Numbered from the stretch's first letter, positions 27,884 to 36,604 are shown. The stretch: 64,000 nucleotides of DNA from a virus (IMGVR_UViG_2889049205_000001:164842-228841); one strand, 5' to 3'. Numbers and translations: made by a program. Notes: generated from the letters alone by a model not told the origin.

Positions 27884-28786
27884 TTATTTTCCTAGCAATT
27901 TCACAAGATTGATCAATCCAGCGCCGTAAAGATCGTCTTTCCCATTCGATCCTAAATCGACAACCGCTTTGACCACAGCCTGGTGAACCTGCTCAACCGG
28001 CGGCCGCACGATGCCCTGCTTCTTCAACAGCGAAAGATATAAGGCAATTGCCCCGGCGATGACCGGTGTTGCCATGCTGGTCCCCGACAGCTCAGCATAC
28101 TGGCCAGTCGGATACGTGCTGTAAATCTCCACGCCCGGAGCCATAACCTCATTCTTCATTCCATAATTGGAGAAGGTGGCCCGCTCATAGGTAAGGTCCA
28201 TCGCCGATACGGCAACTACCTCGTCGTACATGGCCGGCCAGCCAACGCTGCGGTTCTCATTGCCGGTTGCAGCCACCAGGAAGATTCCAGCTTCGTGCGC
28301 CCGCTTGACAGCCTCGTGCATGGCCGCCGGCGGCTCCTCGCTGCTGCCCAGGCTCATGTTGATCAAATCCACGCCCTGAGCAATGGCCCAGTCAATGCCC
28401 CTGACGATCGCCTCAAAGGATCCGCTGCCGTTGTCTCCGAGCACCTTGGCGATATACAGCTCCGCATGCGGCGCCACGCCGATCATGCCGATCCCGTTAT
28501 CAACGCCCGCAATGATGCCGGCAACGTGGGTGCCGTGCCCTTTCTTGTCTACGACGCCATAAGGCGACCCGGTAAAGTCCATGGCCGCCTTGATATTGCC
28601 CTGCAGATCCGGATGCGTCGTGTCCACACCGGTATCCAGAATAGCGACCTTGACGCCTTCTCCTTTTGTCTTCTTCCAAGCCTGCTGCGCCATGATTGCG
28701 TTCAAGCCCCAGTCGATCAGTTCTTGCCCGGCTGAAGCGGGAAGAATGTTCTCGACGGTTACGTCTTGAGTGAAAAGTTGATCCAT
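27884..28786 (-). CDS. Subtilisin-family (S8) intracellular serine protease
   Basis: ILDTG, HGTHVAG and GTSMATP catalytic triad; no signal peptide. Confidence 0.92.
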   Translation of the reverse strand: MDQLFTQDVTVENILPASAGQELIDWGLNAIMAQQAWKKTKGEGVKVAILDTGVDTTHPDLQGNIKAAMDFTGSPYGVVDKKGHGTHVAGIIAGVDNGIGMIGVAPHAELYIAKVLGDNGSGSFEAIVRGIDWAIAQGVDLINMSLGSSEEPPAAMHEAVKRAHEAGIFLVAATGNENRSVGWPAMYDEVVAVSAMDLTYERATFSNYGMKNEVMAPGVEIYSTYPTGQYAELSGTSMATPVIAGAIALYLSLLKKQGIVRPPVEQVHQAVVKAVVDLGSNGKDDLYGAGLINLVKLLGK

Positions 28787-28833
28787 TGGACCCTCCTTGT
28801 TTTTCACCCTGTCCCTTTGGTTATTGTAACACA

Positions 28834-29262
28834 TTACATCCTCATAAGGTATATGAGTAAGGAACCGACGGCAACACCCAGCACAAGAGGCAATACCCCC
28901 TTGAGGAAGACTCTGAGAATTACTGCGTCATTCCCTTCGTACATGACACGGCCCATTGGCCGTATCGGCAGCCTGGAGACGTAATGCTGAAGCTGGCTGC
29001 CGTCTTCTCCGGCATATTCCTTCTTGAGTCGTATTAGGTGGACATCATTGTTGGCCATGTATCGGACCTCGCTACAGAACTCCTCGTAATCGCCATTGTG
29101 GCGGCGCTTTTCCCACTTTTTTTCAACTCGCTCACGGCAGGTCTTGATGATGGATTCGGCATGCGCATGTATCATCACATCGATCGCCCGGCGATCCTCA
29201 TACCGCACGTAATCCTTAAATACGCCTTTGCGTATTTCAATATACTCAGCTACCAGCTCCAC
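28834..29262 (-). CDS. MELVAEY-tagged protein with C-terminal transmembrane helix
   Basis: GAGGTG RBS before GTG at 29262. Confidence 0.65.
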   Translation of the reverse strand: MELVAEYIEIRKGVFKDYVRYEDRRAIDVMIHAHAESIIKTCRERVEKKWEKRRHNGDYEEFCSEVRYMANNDVHLIRLKKEYAGEDGSQLQHYVSRLPIRPMGRVMYEGNDAVILRVFLKGVLPLVLGVAVGSLLIYLMRM

Positions 29263-29278
29263 CCGCTCACCTCTTCCA

Positions 29279-30013
29279 TTACGACCACTCCATGCAATAG
29301 TTTTTGGCTGGGCATTTATCGCAGGCATACGACTCTCGTGGATAGTAATAGCCCTTCTCCATGTGCTCCTTAAAAAGTCGGACCTGTTTGTATAGGCGCT
29401 GATAGTCTTTGCGACGCCGCTCCACATAGGCATTGGTGCCGAGCTTCAGATACTCCAGGCACATGCTGTCTGCTTCTCGATTGAACATAGAGTGGAACCC
29501 GATCGCCTGCAGTGTAAGCGCCATGTCGGTGCGGTTCCAGAACTCGTCTTGCTTGTGGTTAGACGTCTTGAAATTAACGATCTCCATGCCTCGTGTCGTA
29601 TTCCGGATCAGTGGAATCTTCCCGGTGATGAAGAGGTCTGGTCCGAAAGGGATCCTGAACTCTGTGTTGACGGACACGACTTCGTCCGGCACGTACCGCT
29701 GCTTCCGGTGGAAGCTGGCCAGCATGCCAAATGCATCGAGTTCCCGCTTCCGCTGCGACTGGCTGCTGTCGAACTTGATGTTCAGCACCTTGCCTCCGTA
29801 CCAGAGACTGGTAAATTTCTGCTTCATCGACTCCATGGAAAGCATTTTGTCTTCCTTGAGCTTCATGTAAAAATAGGAGATCGTCATCAGGACCGCCTCC
29901 CTGAGCCCGTCGTTTTCTGACATCTGCATGTTGGGTACCCGGTCAACGTGCGTGAGCTTGAACTTGAGCCCACACGACTTAAAATCGTACAGTTGGTCGA
30001 TCGTAATCTCCAA
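29279..30013 (-). CDS. PD-(D/E)XK/AddB-like nuclease fold, apparently catalytically dead
   Basis: GKIPLI and IVNFKT replace G.ID and .DYKT; Fe-S cysteines retained. Confidence 0.7.
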   Translation of the reverse strand: MEITIDQLYDFKSCGLKFKLTHVDRVPNMQMSENDGLREAVLMTISYFYMKLKEDKMLSMESMKQKFTSLWYGGKVLNIKFDSSQSQRKRELDAFGMLASFHRKQRYVPDEVVSVNTEFRIPFGPDLFITGKIPLIRNTTRGMEIVNFKTSNHKQDEFWNRTDMALTLQAIGFHSMFNREADSMCLEYLKLGTNAYVERRRKDYQRLYKQVRLFKEHMEKGYYYPRESYACDKCPAKNYCMEWS

Positions 30014-30452
30014 GAATATCTCCCCCTTCTTTTTTCGACCACCCCGGCCCCCGGAGTGCCTTCATCCAGTTCGGCTGGTAGCCTTTAAAGTAAGGCTGCT
30101 TCGCCTTTTCTGCTTTCCTCTTCATCGAATCCATAGACAAGATCTCTTCGATCATTTGCTCGTCACTGATCCGTTTCCCTCGATGATCAGCGAAGTATGT
30201 GGACAGAACAATCGTGCCGATCTGAGCTGACTCTTGGATATCGACCATGATGAATCGATTAGCTGGCAGATAATCCTGCTCCAATTTCTTCAGGGCAAAG
30301 TTGATTTGCTCCTGCATGAGTTGCCGATTCTGGTTCGTGTTCGGCTTATGTTTGTAATGGCTTGTGGCCATCTCGATTGTATCGCTTGCGATCTTTAGGA
30401 TCTTGGCCAAACGGTCATAGGATCGATTCAGGTATGAAGCGACTAACTCCAT
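29979..30452 (-). CDS. MELVASY-tagged hypothetical protein
   Basis: AGGAGG RBS. Confidence 0.65.
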   Translation of the reverse strand: MELVASYLNRSYDRLAKILKIASDTIEMATSHYKHKPNTNQNRQLMQEQINFALKKLEQDYLPANRFIMVDIQESAQIGTIVLSTYFADHRGKRISDEQMIEEILSMDSMKRKAEKAKQPYFKGYQPNWMKALRGPGWSKKEGGDILGDYDRPTVRF

Positions 30453-30742
30453 GCGATCATTCGCCCTCCTTCGTCTACACTGAACTTCACGTCCATGTCG
30501 ATGTTTCCGGATCGATCATACTTGAAGTCCAAGTGGATGAAGCCGCCATATCCGATCTCTTGGATCACGGCCTCTACCTTCTCCTCCACCTCGCCGATAT
30601 ATTCACTCGTAACGACCCTCGTCTTCATGCGCAGCTCCAGCATCGCCTTGCTGTAAGCCACTCGGATTAGCTGGATCTGATCCTCTGAGGGATGTCCAGG
30701 ACGAGGCGGATTGATTTCTAAATAGCGGTTGGCTAACTCCAT
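30443..30742 (-). CDS. MELANRY-tagged hypothetical protein
   Basis: GGAGGTG RBS. Confidence 0.65.
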   Translation of the reverse strand: MELANRYLEINPPRPGHPSEDQIQLIRVAYSKAMLELRMKTRVVTSEYIGEVEEKVEAVIQEIGYGGFIHLDFKYDRSGNIDMDVKFSVDEGGRMIAWS

Positions 30743-31023
30743 GGTGACACCTCCCTGCATACAAACGCCTTGTATTGGATATCGACTATGGCGTGATCGG
30801 AAATCGGATACGCAAATCGAATGCAGTGACCAAGAACCTCATAATCAGTTTGCATGACGCCATTGACATAGGCGGTGACGCTGCCATTCTTCGGCGTTTT
30901 CTGCAGCCAGAACTCCCCTTGCCAGTCAGATGGCTCGAAACGATCTGCACAGCTGCATATTTCAAAGATGAACTGCGGCTCATCAAATGTGCGCTGAACA
31001 AGATACTCCTCTACGAGCTCCAT
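30733..31023 (-). CDS. MELVEEY-tagged protein with a small virion-type beta-sandwich
   Basis: VTAYVNGVMQTDYEVLG..IRF......VDIQY. Confidence 0.65.
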   Translation of the reverse strand: MELVEEYLVQRTFDEPQFIFEICSCADRFEPSDWQGEFWLQKTPKNGSVTAYVNGVMQTDYEVLGHCIRFAYPISDHAIVDIQYKAFVCREVSPWS

Positions 31024-31580
31024 TTGCGTTTCCCTCTCTGATTCTCAAAGAAGTCACGCATCCGTGGTGGCTTTGGATCCTCTTCGTCTTTTCTCCGCTC
31101 CGACCGGCTACGTGGATCACGGTAGGTATCCAAGCAAGCCATATAACACACTACCTGCTCCAAGCGTTGGGTCAACTCTTCTGGCGCAAAGTTATAATTA
31201 CAGAAGGTTATATAGTATCCGATTTCTCTATAATGGCGCATATTGTGATCATCGATCTTCTTTTGTAATTGCTTCTGCTCTTTCTCATAGCCTTTGGCTA
31301 GCTGTTCCAGGTAAGCGGACACCAGCTCTACCTTCCGTCGCTTCTTAATCTTCTTTCTCTTCTTCGGCCTGACCACGGCCTGGTGATATTGGCTAATAAA
31401 TTCTTGGGAGTACGGATTGTATGGAAAGGACCATTCCTGGACGCTAAAGTCATTCGCCGGCATAACTTTCCCTGACGTATCCATACCCATAATCATTTCT
31501 TCAAGTGTATCGGCCGTCAGCGTGCCTCTTCCAATGATTACGACCGGCTCAAAACCGTTATAGGCATTTACGAGATCCAT
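31011..31580 (-). CDS. MDLVNAY-tagged protein with a second internal ELVSAY
   Basis: AGGAGG RBS. Confidence 0.65.
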   Translation of the reverse strand: MDLVNAYNGFEPVVIIGRGTLTADTLEEMIMGMDTSGKVMPANDFSVQEWSFPYNPYSQEFISQYHQAVVRPKKRKKIKKRRKVELVSAYLEQLAKGYEKEQKQLQKKIDDHNMRHYREIGYYITFCNYNFAPEELTQRLEQVVCYMACLDTYRDPRSRSERRKDEEDPKPPRMRDFFENQRGKRKWSS

Positions 31581-31588
31581 GGCGCCTC

Positions 31589-31789
31589 CTATGCGAATAG
31601 CTGCGGCAGTTTGCGGATTTCTTGCATGCGCAGATAGGCAGCCACCAATTCAATGGGATTCTTTATCACAGGTCGTGGTGTCGATGTAAATGTGTATTGC
31701 GTGCCATTTGTTGAGTATGTATACCGCTTCCAAGGTGTCCCTCGGTGCGGCATGTGATGTCGTTTAAAATAGGCGAGTGCAAGTTCCAT
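31589..31789 (-). CDS. MELALAY-tagged small protein with a second internal ELVAAY
   Basis: GGAGG RBS. Confidence 0.65.
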   Translation of the reverse strand: MELALAYFKRHHMPHRGTPWKRYTYSTNGTQYTFTSTPRPVIKNPIELVAAYLRMQEIRKLPQLFA

Positions 31790-31804
31790 ACTGGCATTTC
31801 CTCC

Positions 31805-32236
31805 TTAGCCCATCTGGCGAGTGATGGCTGCTTGAAGTTTCGGATAGGGATCTTCCCATCCGTCTGGCTTTTTCACTTTTCCGTCTTCCTTGTAATGCGG
31901 CTTGCCGTCTGGCCAGAGCTTGCTCATGTTGGCATGCTGCACGATGTCCATCAGCTCTTGCGGTCGGACGCCCATCTCAACAAGGGTGCCGACTGCGAAG
32001 TAGATGACATCGATCATGGCGTCAGCCTGATCAACGACATTATCGGACTCCTTGAACTCCTGGACCTCTTCTTGGATCCAGCTCATCCGCTTCTCGGTGC
32101 GATCGGCGCTCAGCATCGTCGGCTTGTCCATAGCCGGGTGATTGAAAGCCAACTGGAAGGCTCGAACCTGCTCATAGGTAAGGTCCAGTCCGTTAAGCAC
32201 GGTGCGGTCTTGATAAGCTCCTACTAATTCGCTCAT
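31805..32236 (-). CDS. MazG-like/PRA-PH dUTP pyrophosphatase with MSELVGAY N-terminus
   Basis: EEVQEF...DAMIDVIYF.VG...VQHANMSK..DGKVKKP.GW. Confidence 0.75.
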   Translation of the reverse strand: MSELVGAYQDRTVLNGLDLTYEQVRAFQLAFNHPAMDKPTMLSADRTEKRMSWIQEEVQEFKESDNVVDQADAMIDVIYFAVGTLVEMGVRPQELMDIVQHANMSKLWPDGKPHYKEDGKVKKPDGWEDPYPKLQAAITRQMG

Positions 32237-32246
32237 AGATATCCTC

Positions 32247-33275
32247 CTACATTCGGCGCAGCTTGAGGCGCTCGTTGACTCGATCGAAATCGGCTTTGGT
32301 AATTGGCTGAACGTTGGCTTTCTTGTATACGCCCTTCTGGCTGAAGAAGTCATGCGTGATGAACTCTGCGATCTTGGACGTTGCGTTCATAACAATGACA
32401 TTGATATGTTCTTCCGGAAAATAGTCGTCGAAGCCAAGGTTCTGCATGGCACGGTTTGCGTTATAGCGTACATACGCTTTAACTTCATACGCCAGGCCGA
32501 GCTCTCCATAGATCTCTTCGGTATAAGCCATTTCAATCTCATGCAGCTCCTCAAGGAGCGCATACATGGTTTTCTTCAAGCGGCTCTGTACGTCTTCATC
32601 GAAACTTTCAAACAATTCTTGCGCAAGCAATCCGATGAAGCTCCCGTGGACGGCTTCGTCCCTCAAAATCAGGTTAATAATCTCCGCCGAATTCGTCAGC
32701 ATCGCTTGGCCATCAATCCCGCCGCCGGCCAAAAAGAGTGGCAGGAAGAAGCCGGAATAGAACAAGTAGCTTTCAAGGAAAACCGATGCCACCATGGCCA
32801 GCCAGAGATCTTCATCCGTCTTGATGCGGAGATAGATCTTTTGGATAATCCGGGCTTTCTTCTGAAGAAGCGGGTGGTTCTTGACCCAATCCTCCAGCAG
32901 CCAATCGATGTAGGAGCCGTCGGTAATGAGTGTTGTGAAAATCGTACTGTAGCTCTTGGCATGCATGTGCTCCATCATGGCCATGAATCCGGCGACGGAT
33001 TTTCGTTTGAGCTCCTTGATGTGGATGGCAAGCTGCGACATGCCGACATTCGCCTGTATAGTATCAAGGAACGTCAGACCTGCCAGGGCAAAGGCGTAAG
33101 CTTCTTGAAGCGCTTTGTCCATCTTCTTCCAAACCTTGATGTCATCGGATGGGACGAACTCGGTATCGATCCAATTCTGCCGGTTGTTTTGCTCCCAGAA
33201 CGTCTCGGTGAAATGATCGATCTTCCGGTTCCAGTTCACGGCATGTTCGATCATTTGAATATCGTTAAACGGCAC
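32247..33275 (-). CDS. nrdF: Class Ib ribonucleotide reductase beta subunit
   Basis: GLTFLDTIQ, MEHMHAKSYS, LESYLFYSGF and RDEAVHG; all metal ligands intact. Confidence 0.92.
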   Translation of the reverse strand: MPFNDIQMIEHAVNWNRKIDHFTETFWEQNNRQNWIDTEFVPSDDIKVWKKMDKALQEAYAFALAGLTFLDTIQANVGMSQLAIHIKELKRKSVAGFMAMMEHMHAKSYSTIFTTLITDGSYIDWLLEDWVKNHPLLQKKARIIQKIYLRIKTDEDLWLAMVASVFLESYLFYSGFFLPLFLAGGGIDGQAMLTNSAEIINLILRDEAVHGSFIGLLAQELFESFDEDVQSRLKKTMYALLEELHEIEMAYTEEIYGELGLAYEVKAYVRYNANRAMQNLGFDDYFPEEHINVIVMNATSKIAEFITHDFFSQKGVYKKANVQPITKADFDRVNERLKLRRM

Positions 33276-35358
33276 AAGCTTCACACTCCTCTTTAGCCAA
33301 TTCACGGGACCGTGTGTAGTACAGGCTCTTTAGCCCCTTCTTGGCAGCGTAGACGTAATACATTGCAAGCTCGTTCGTTGGAATATCAGAGTCCACGAAA
33401 AGGATGCAGCTGATCGCTTGGTCCACATGCACCTGTGCAGCGGCCACAATATCGATCAGATTAAACATGTCCATCTTGTATGCGCTCTTGTAGGCGAAGT
33501 GATTCTGCCTGGACAGGTGCGGCATTGGATAATATGTTTTGGATTTTTCATAAGCCCGTGTCTCCACCTGGTCTGTAATTGGCATAAACCCTTGGGTACT
33601 GTTTTGGATATAGGAAATACTTTGGGTCGGCGCCCCGGCAAGACGGTAGCTATGGTAGATACCGTGCTTAATGACTTCGCCCTTCAGCCATGTCCAATCT
33701 TCTGGTCCCGGCAGTCGCTGCGATCCGAACAGCGCTTTGACACGGTCCGTCGTTGGGCGGTAATCCGTTGTCAGGTAATGATCGAAGTAGCTGCCGTCAG
33801 CGTAGTCACTTTTCTCAAACCCTTCGAATGTCTCGCCAAGTTCGATTGCGATCTCCATGGAGCGCTTCAAACTGTAATAGTTCATGGCATTGTAGAAGGC
33901 CGTAACGAATTCCAGTGCATAGTTGCTCTCATAACCAATCAGCTGGCTGGCCAGATAGCCGTGCAGGTTCATAAGTCCAAGACCAACGCTGTGCATTTCA
34001 CGATTTGCTTTCGCTACACCAGGAGCGTTCTTGACGTTCGAGAGGCGTACCACGTCGGTCAACATATCCATGCCGTCGTAAACCGACTCTTCGATCGCTT
34101 CGTCAATCATGACGTTGTAGGCATTCAAGGAGCCGAGGACGCAGTTAATGTCTCTGCGGATCGTATGCTTCTTGCCCCAGTCATTGATCTCTGACACTTC
34201 GATCAGCTGCATGATCTCTGTGCAGAGATTCGAGAACGAGACATTACCGAGATTACGAAGCGGGTGGAACTTATTCGCATTCGTTTGATACATGAGATAC
34301 GGGTAGCCTGTTTCGACCTGCTGCTTGGCGATTTCGTTCAGATAATCGACCGTGTCCTTCGGTTCGCTTTTCCGGATGTTCTCATTGGCCACCAAATCGT
34401 AGTACATCTTGTCGAAGTCCACGTCGGTCATTTGGATGCCGTACTCTTTCTTGATATCGTAAGGGCTGAATTGATAGAAGTCTTCGCCACGTTCAGCAAG
34501 CTCAAAGAAGATGTGCGGCACGACAAGTCCTGTCGAAAGTTTCTTCAGGCGAATCTTCTCATCGGCGTTATGCTTCTTGGAATGCAAGAGCATGTCAGCG
34601 TCCAGGTGGAAGATGGACACGTAGCCCGCCCCGCTGCCGTTACGCTGCCCCATTTGATCCCAGGCGGAGAAAGTATCCTCCATGAGCTTGGCGACGACCA
34701 TGATGCCCTTTGCGGCGCCCTCGTAGCCTTGGATCGGATCGGACATGGCCCGGAGATTCGAGAGATTGACGGACACTCCACCGCCGACCTTGGAAAGCTG
34801 TCCGCAGCAGTTGAGCACGTAGTTGATACTGTTGAGCGAATCATCAGCGATCAGCAAGAAGCAAGACACCAGCTCGCCTCTGCGGGCACGGCCAGCGTTC
34901 ATGTAAGAAGGCGTCGCCGGCTGGTAACGCTGCTTCATGAGCGTCGCAATATAGCGGCGAGCACGATCCATGCGGCCGGCTGCGTAATACAGCGCCACGA
35001 TCGTGTTATGATCCTCGTAGGTCTCAAGATATTGCTGCTTGTTATTGGTCATCAGTGCATAGTCCTGATAGAACTTGCTGATCGCCATAAAGCTCTTGAA
35101 GCCGAAATTGAAAGAGCGAGCAAGGTTGTGGATCTCTAAGATATCCTCCATGCTGTATTCCTTCAGCAGCTGCTTGTAATAATATTTGTGCCTGACCAGC
35201 CACTTGAAGCGTTGCTCCGGCGTTTTGAATTTCTTCATTTTCGAATTCACTTCGGCCTGGAACTTCCATATCGCATCTTGATCATGCTCCAGTTGATAAA
35301 AGCCGTCTTCGTGCTTTTGCAGAATCATGTTATTCGATTCGATGTAACTCAAGATCAC
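33265..35358 (-). CDS. nrdE: Class Ib ribonucleotide reductase alpha subunit
   Basis: QPATP, SCFL, SNLCTE, KSLYYTR and C-terminal CxxC. Confidence 0.95.
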   Translation of the reverse strand: MILSYIESNNMILQKHEDGFYQLEHDQDAIWKFQAEVNSKMKKFKTPEQRFKWLVRHKYYYKQLLKEYSMEDILEIHNLARSFNFGFKSFMAISKFYQDYALMTNNKQQYLETYEDHNTIVALYYAAGRMDRARRYIATLMKQRYQPATPSYMNAGRARRGELVSCFLLIADDSLNSINYVLNCCGQLSKVGGGVSVNLSNLRAMSDPIQGYEGAAKGIMVVAKLMEDTFSAWDQMGQRNGSGAGYVSIFHLDADMLLHSKKHNADEKIRLKKLSTGLVVPHIFFELAERGEDFYQFSPYDIKKEYGIQMTDVDFDKMYYDLVANENIRKSEPKDTVDYLNEIAKQQVETGYPYLMYQTNANKFHPLRNLGNVSFSNLCTEIMQLIEVSEINDWGKKHTIRRDINCVLGSLNAYNVMIDEAIEESVYDGMDMLTDVVRLSNVKNAPGVAKANREMHSVGLGLMNLHGYLASQLIGYESNYALEFVTAFYNAMNYYSLKRSMEIAIELGETFEGFEKSDYADGSYFDHYLTTDYRPTTDRVKALFGSQRLPGPEDWTWLKGEVIKHGIYHSYRLAGAPTQSISYIQNSTQGFMPITDQVETRAYEKSKTYYPMPHLSRQNHFAYKSAYKMDMFNLIDIVAAAQVHVDQAISCILFVDSDIPTNELAMYYVYAAKKGLKSLYYTRSRELAKEECEACAV

Positions 35359-35695
35359 TCACCCTCTCCAAAAATTTTTCTACATCACTTGGACTACCGG
35401 CAAGCTCAAATCGATGGAGAACCGGCACATGGTAGCGGGCAGCAATGACATCCGCTGCATGTGCGAATTTCGGCCAGTTCCGACTCCCACTAGCCGCAAT
35501 GCCTCGCAGCATGCTGCGATTGCGATCAAGGAATCGCAGCATGTCCTCCGGGGCTTCTCCAAAGCCACATGTATATGTGACTGCCACAAAGGGTTCGTCG
35601 ATGATTAATCCATCTTCGATTTCCCTTATCGGCAGTCCGAGCTTATTGACAAACCGCCTCACCTTTCCGGTGAAACTGTTAAAGACAACCATCAC
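35330..35695 (-). CDS. nrdI: RNR flavodoxin
   Basis: S.TG.V.RFV, TYTCGFG, ASGSRNW and FELAG. Confidence 0.92.
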   Translation of the reverse strand: MMVVFNSFTGKVRRFVNKLGLPIREIEDGLIIDEPFVAVTYTCGFGEAPEDMLRFLDRNRSMLRGIAASGSRNWPKFAHAADVIAARYHVPVLHRFELAGSPSDVEKFLERVSDLELHRIE

Positions 35696-35708
35696 GAAAC
35701 CACCCTCC

Positions 35709-35724
35709 GTGTAATGCGTTACAC
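35709..35724. promoter_or_regulatory. Operator GTGTAATGCGTTACAC next to the nrdI RBS
   Basis: Near-perfect palindrome. Confidence 0.75.
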
Positions 35725-35786
35725 TAAAACAATGGTAACTTTCATTTTAGAATAGAAAGAAAGAATATTCAAGCTATTGACAAATT

Positions 35787-35817
35787 AAAAACCCCAACAC
35801 TCAAGATGTTGGGGTTA
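35787..35817 (-). terminator. Intrinsic terminator
   Basis: AACCCCAACA...TGTTGGGGTT stem with a - strand U tail. Confidence 0.7.
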
Positions 35818-35831
35818 TGGTTATGAGTCCT

Positions 35832-36110
35832 CTACGAGTTCGTGTTGCCGATTCTTGGTTGGCCGGTCGGGCCTTCGTTGGCCTTCATAGCATCAAGAAC
35901 GACGTAGCTGGATTTCTGTAGAACTGCGGCCGCCCCCAAGTGCTCGATAATTGCCTGGTTGTTCCGGACGACGAGCTTGGCTTGAGGTGACGGATCATTG
36001 ATGATCTTGTTGATCTTATGAGCCACTTCATTGCAGAGCTGGTCCAGCACATCCTCGAGCTTCAATCCTTCCGGATTTTCTGCCCCCATTAAGATTGGCT
36101 TCACCGTCAT
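35832..36110 (-). CDS. Hypothetical protein
   Basis: PILMGAENPEGLKLE motif; GAGGTG RBS. Confidence 0.65.
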   Translation of the reverse strand: MTVKPILMGAENPEGLKLEDVLDQLCNEVAHKINKIINDPSPQAKLVVRNNQAIIEHLGAAAVLQKSSYVVLDAMKANEGPTGQPRIGNTNS

Positions 36111-36114
36111 CACC

Positions 36115-36600
36115 TCACAGAGCCACTTCGATAAAGTCGAAGCGCACAAGTTGATTGGCAAGACCGACGATGAATCCAGGCTGGCCCATCTTCGGCTCCA
36201 GCGACTTGGACGGCGACTTTGGACCTTCATGGCCTTCAATCATTTGCACAAGCGCATCGACCATCTGCGAGTTCAGGCCGTCGCCGAATTGGCGTACCAC
36301 GGTGGCAGCGGTAATCGGGTGCAGGTATTTCATGTCTTCCGGCAGCGAGTTGAGCGCAATATCCTGGAACAGGATGGCGCACAAGATCATGTCTCGGAAC
36401 GGGCCGCCGGTTCCTTCCTTGGCGAGCAGCATGTTCACGATCTTGAATACTTTTTTGGTATAGTTTACGAGTTGCTCGTCCTGGTAAAAGGATGGCTGCG
36501 CATTACCAATCACGTTCTCAGCAAGCACCTTGATATCTGCAGAGATGATTAGCTCCAGCTCCGGTCGAAAGATTAAATGCGCTTCATTGACTTGTATCAT
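36115..36600 (-). CDS. Degenerate HD-domain protein
   Basis: LVNYTK, AILFQDI, HP and H.G pattern, with HD changed to QD. Confidence 0.55.
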   Translation of the reverse strand: MIQVNEAHLIFRPELELIISADIKVLAENVIGNAQPSFYQDEQLVNYTKKVFKIVNMLLAKEGTGGPFRDMILCAILFQDIALNSLPEDMKYLHPITAATVVRQFGDGLNSQMVDALVQMIEGHEGPKSPSKSLEPKMGQPGFIVGLANQLVRFDFIEVAL

Positions 36601-36604
36601 AGCT

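Noticed and set aside
29250-32240. Integron-like cassette array explaining the shared N-termini
   Set aside because: No conserved DNA repeat; synonymous codons and upstream sequences differ; genes are translationally coupled.
32247-33275. Metal-free class Ie RNR
   Set aside because: All Asp/Glu/His metal ligands are present.
32352-35139. Long + strand ORFs opposite nrdEF, and similar shadow ORFs elsewhere
   Set aside because: Antisense shadows of well-supported genes, lacking RBS or motifs.
20870-35358. Inteins or introns in dnaE, nrdE or nrdF as in SPbeta
   Set aside because: Lengths are normal; the DnaE insertions lack intein C1...HN-C/S/T motifs.
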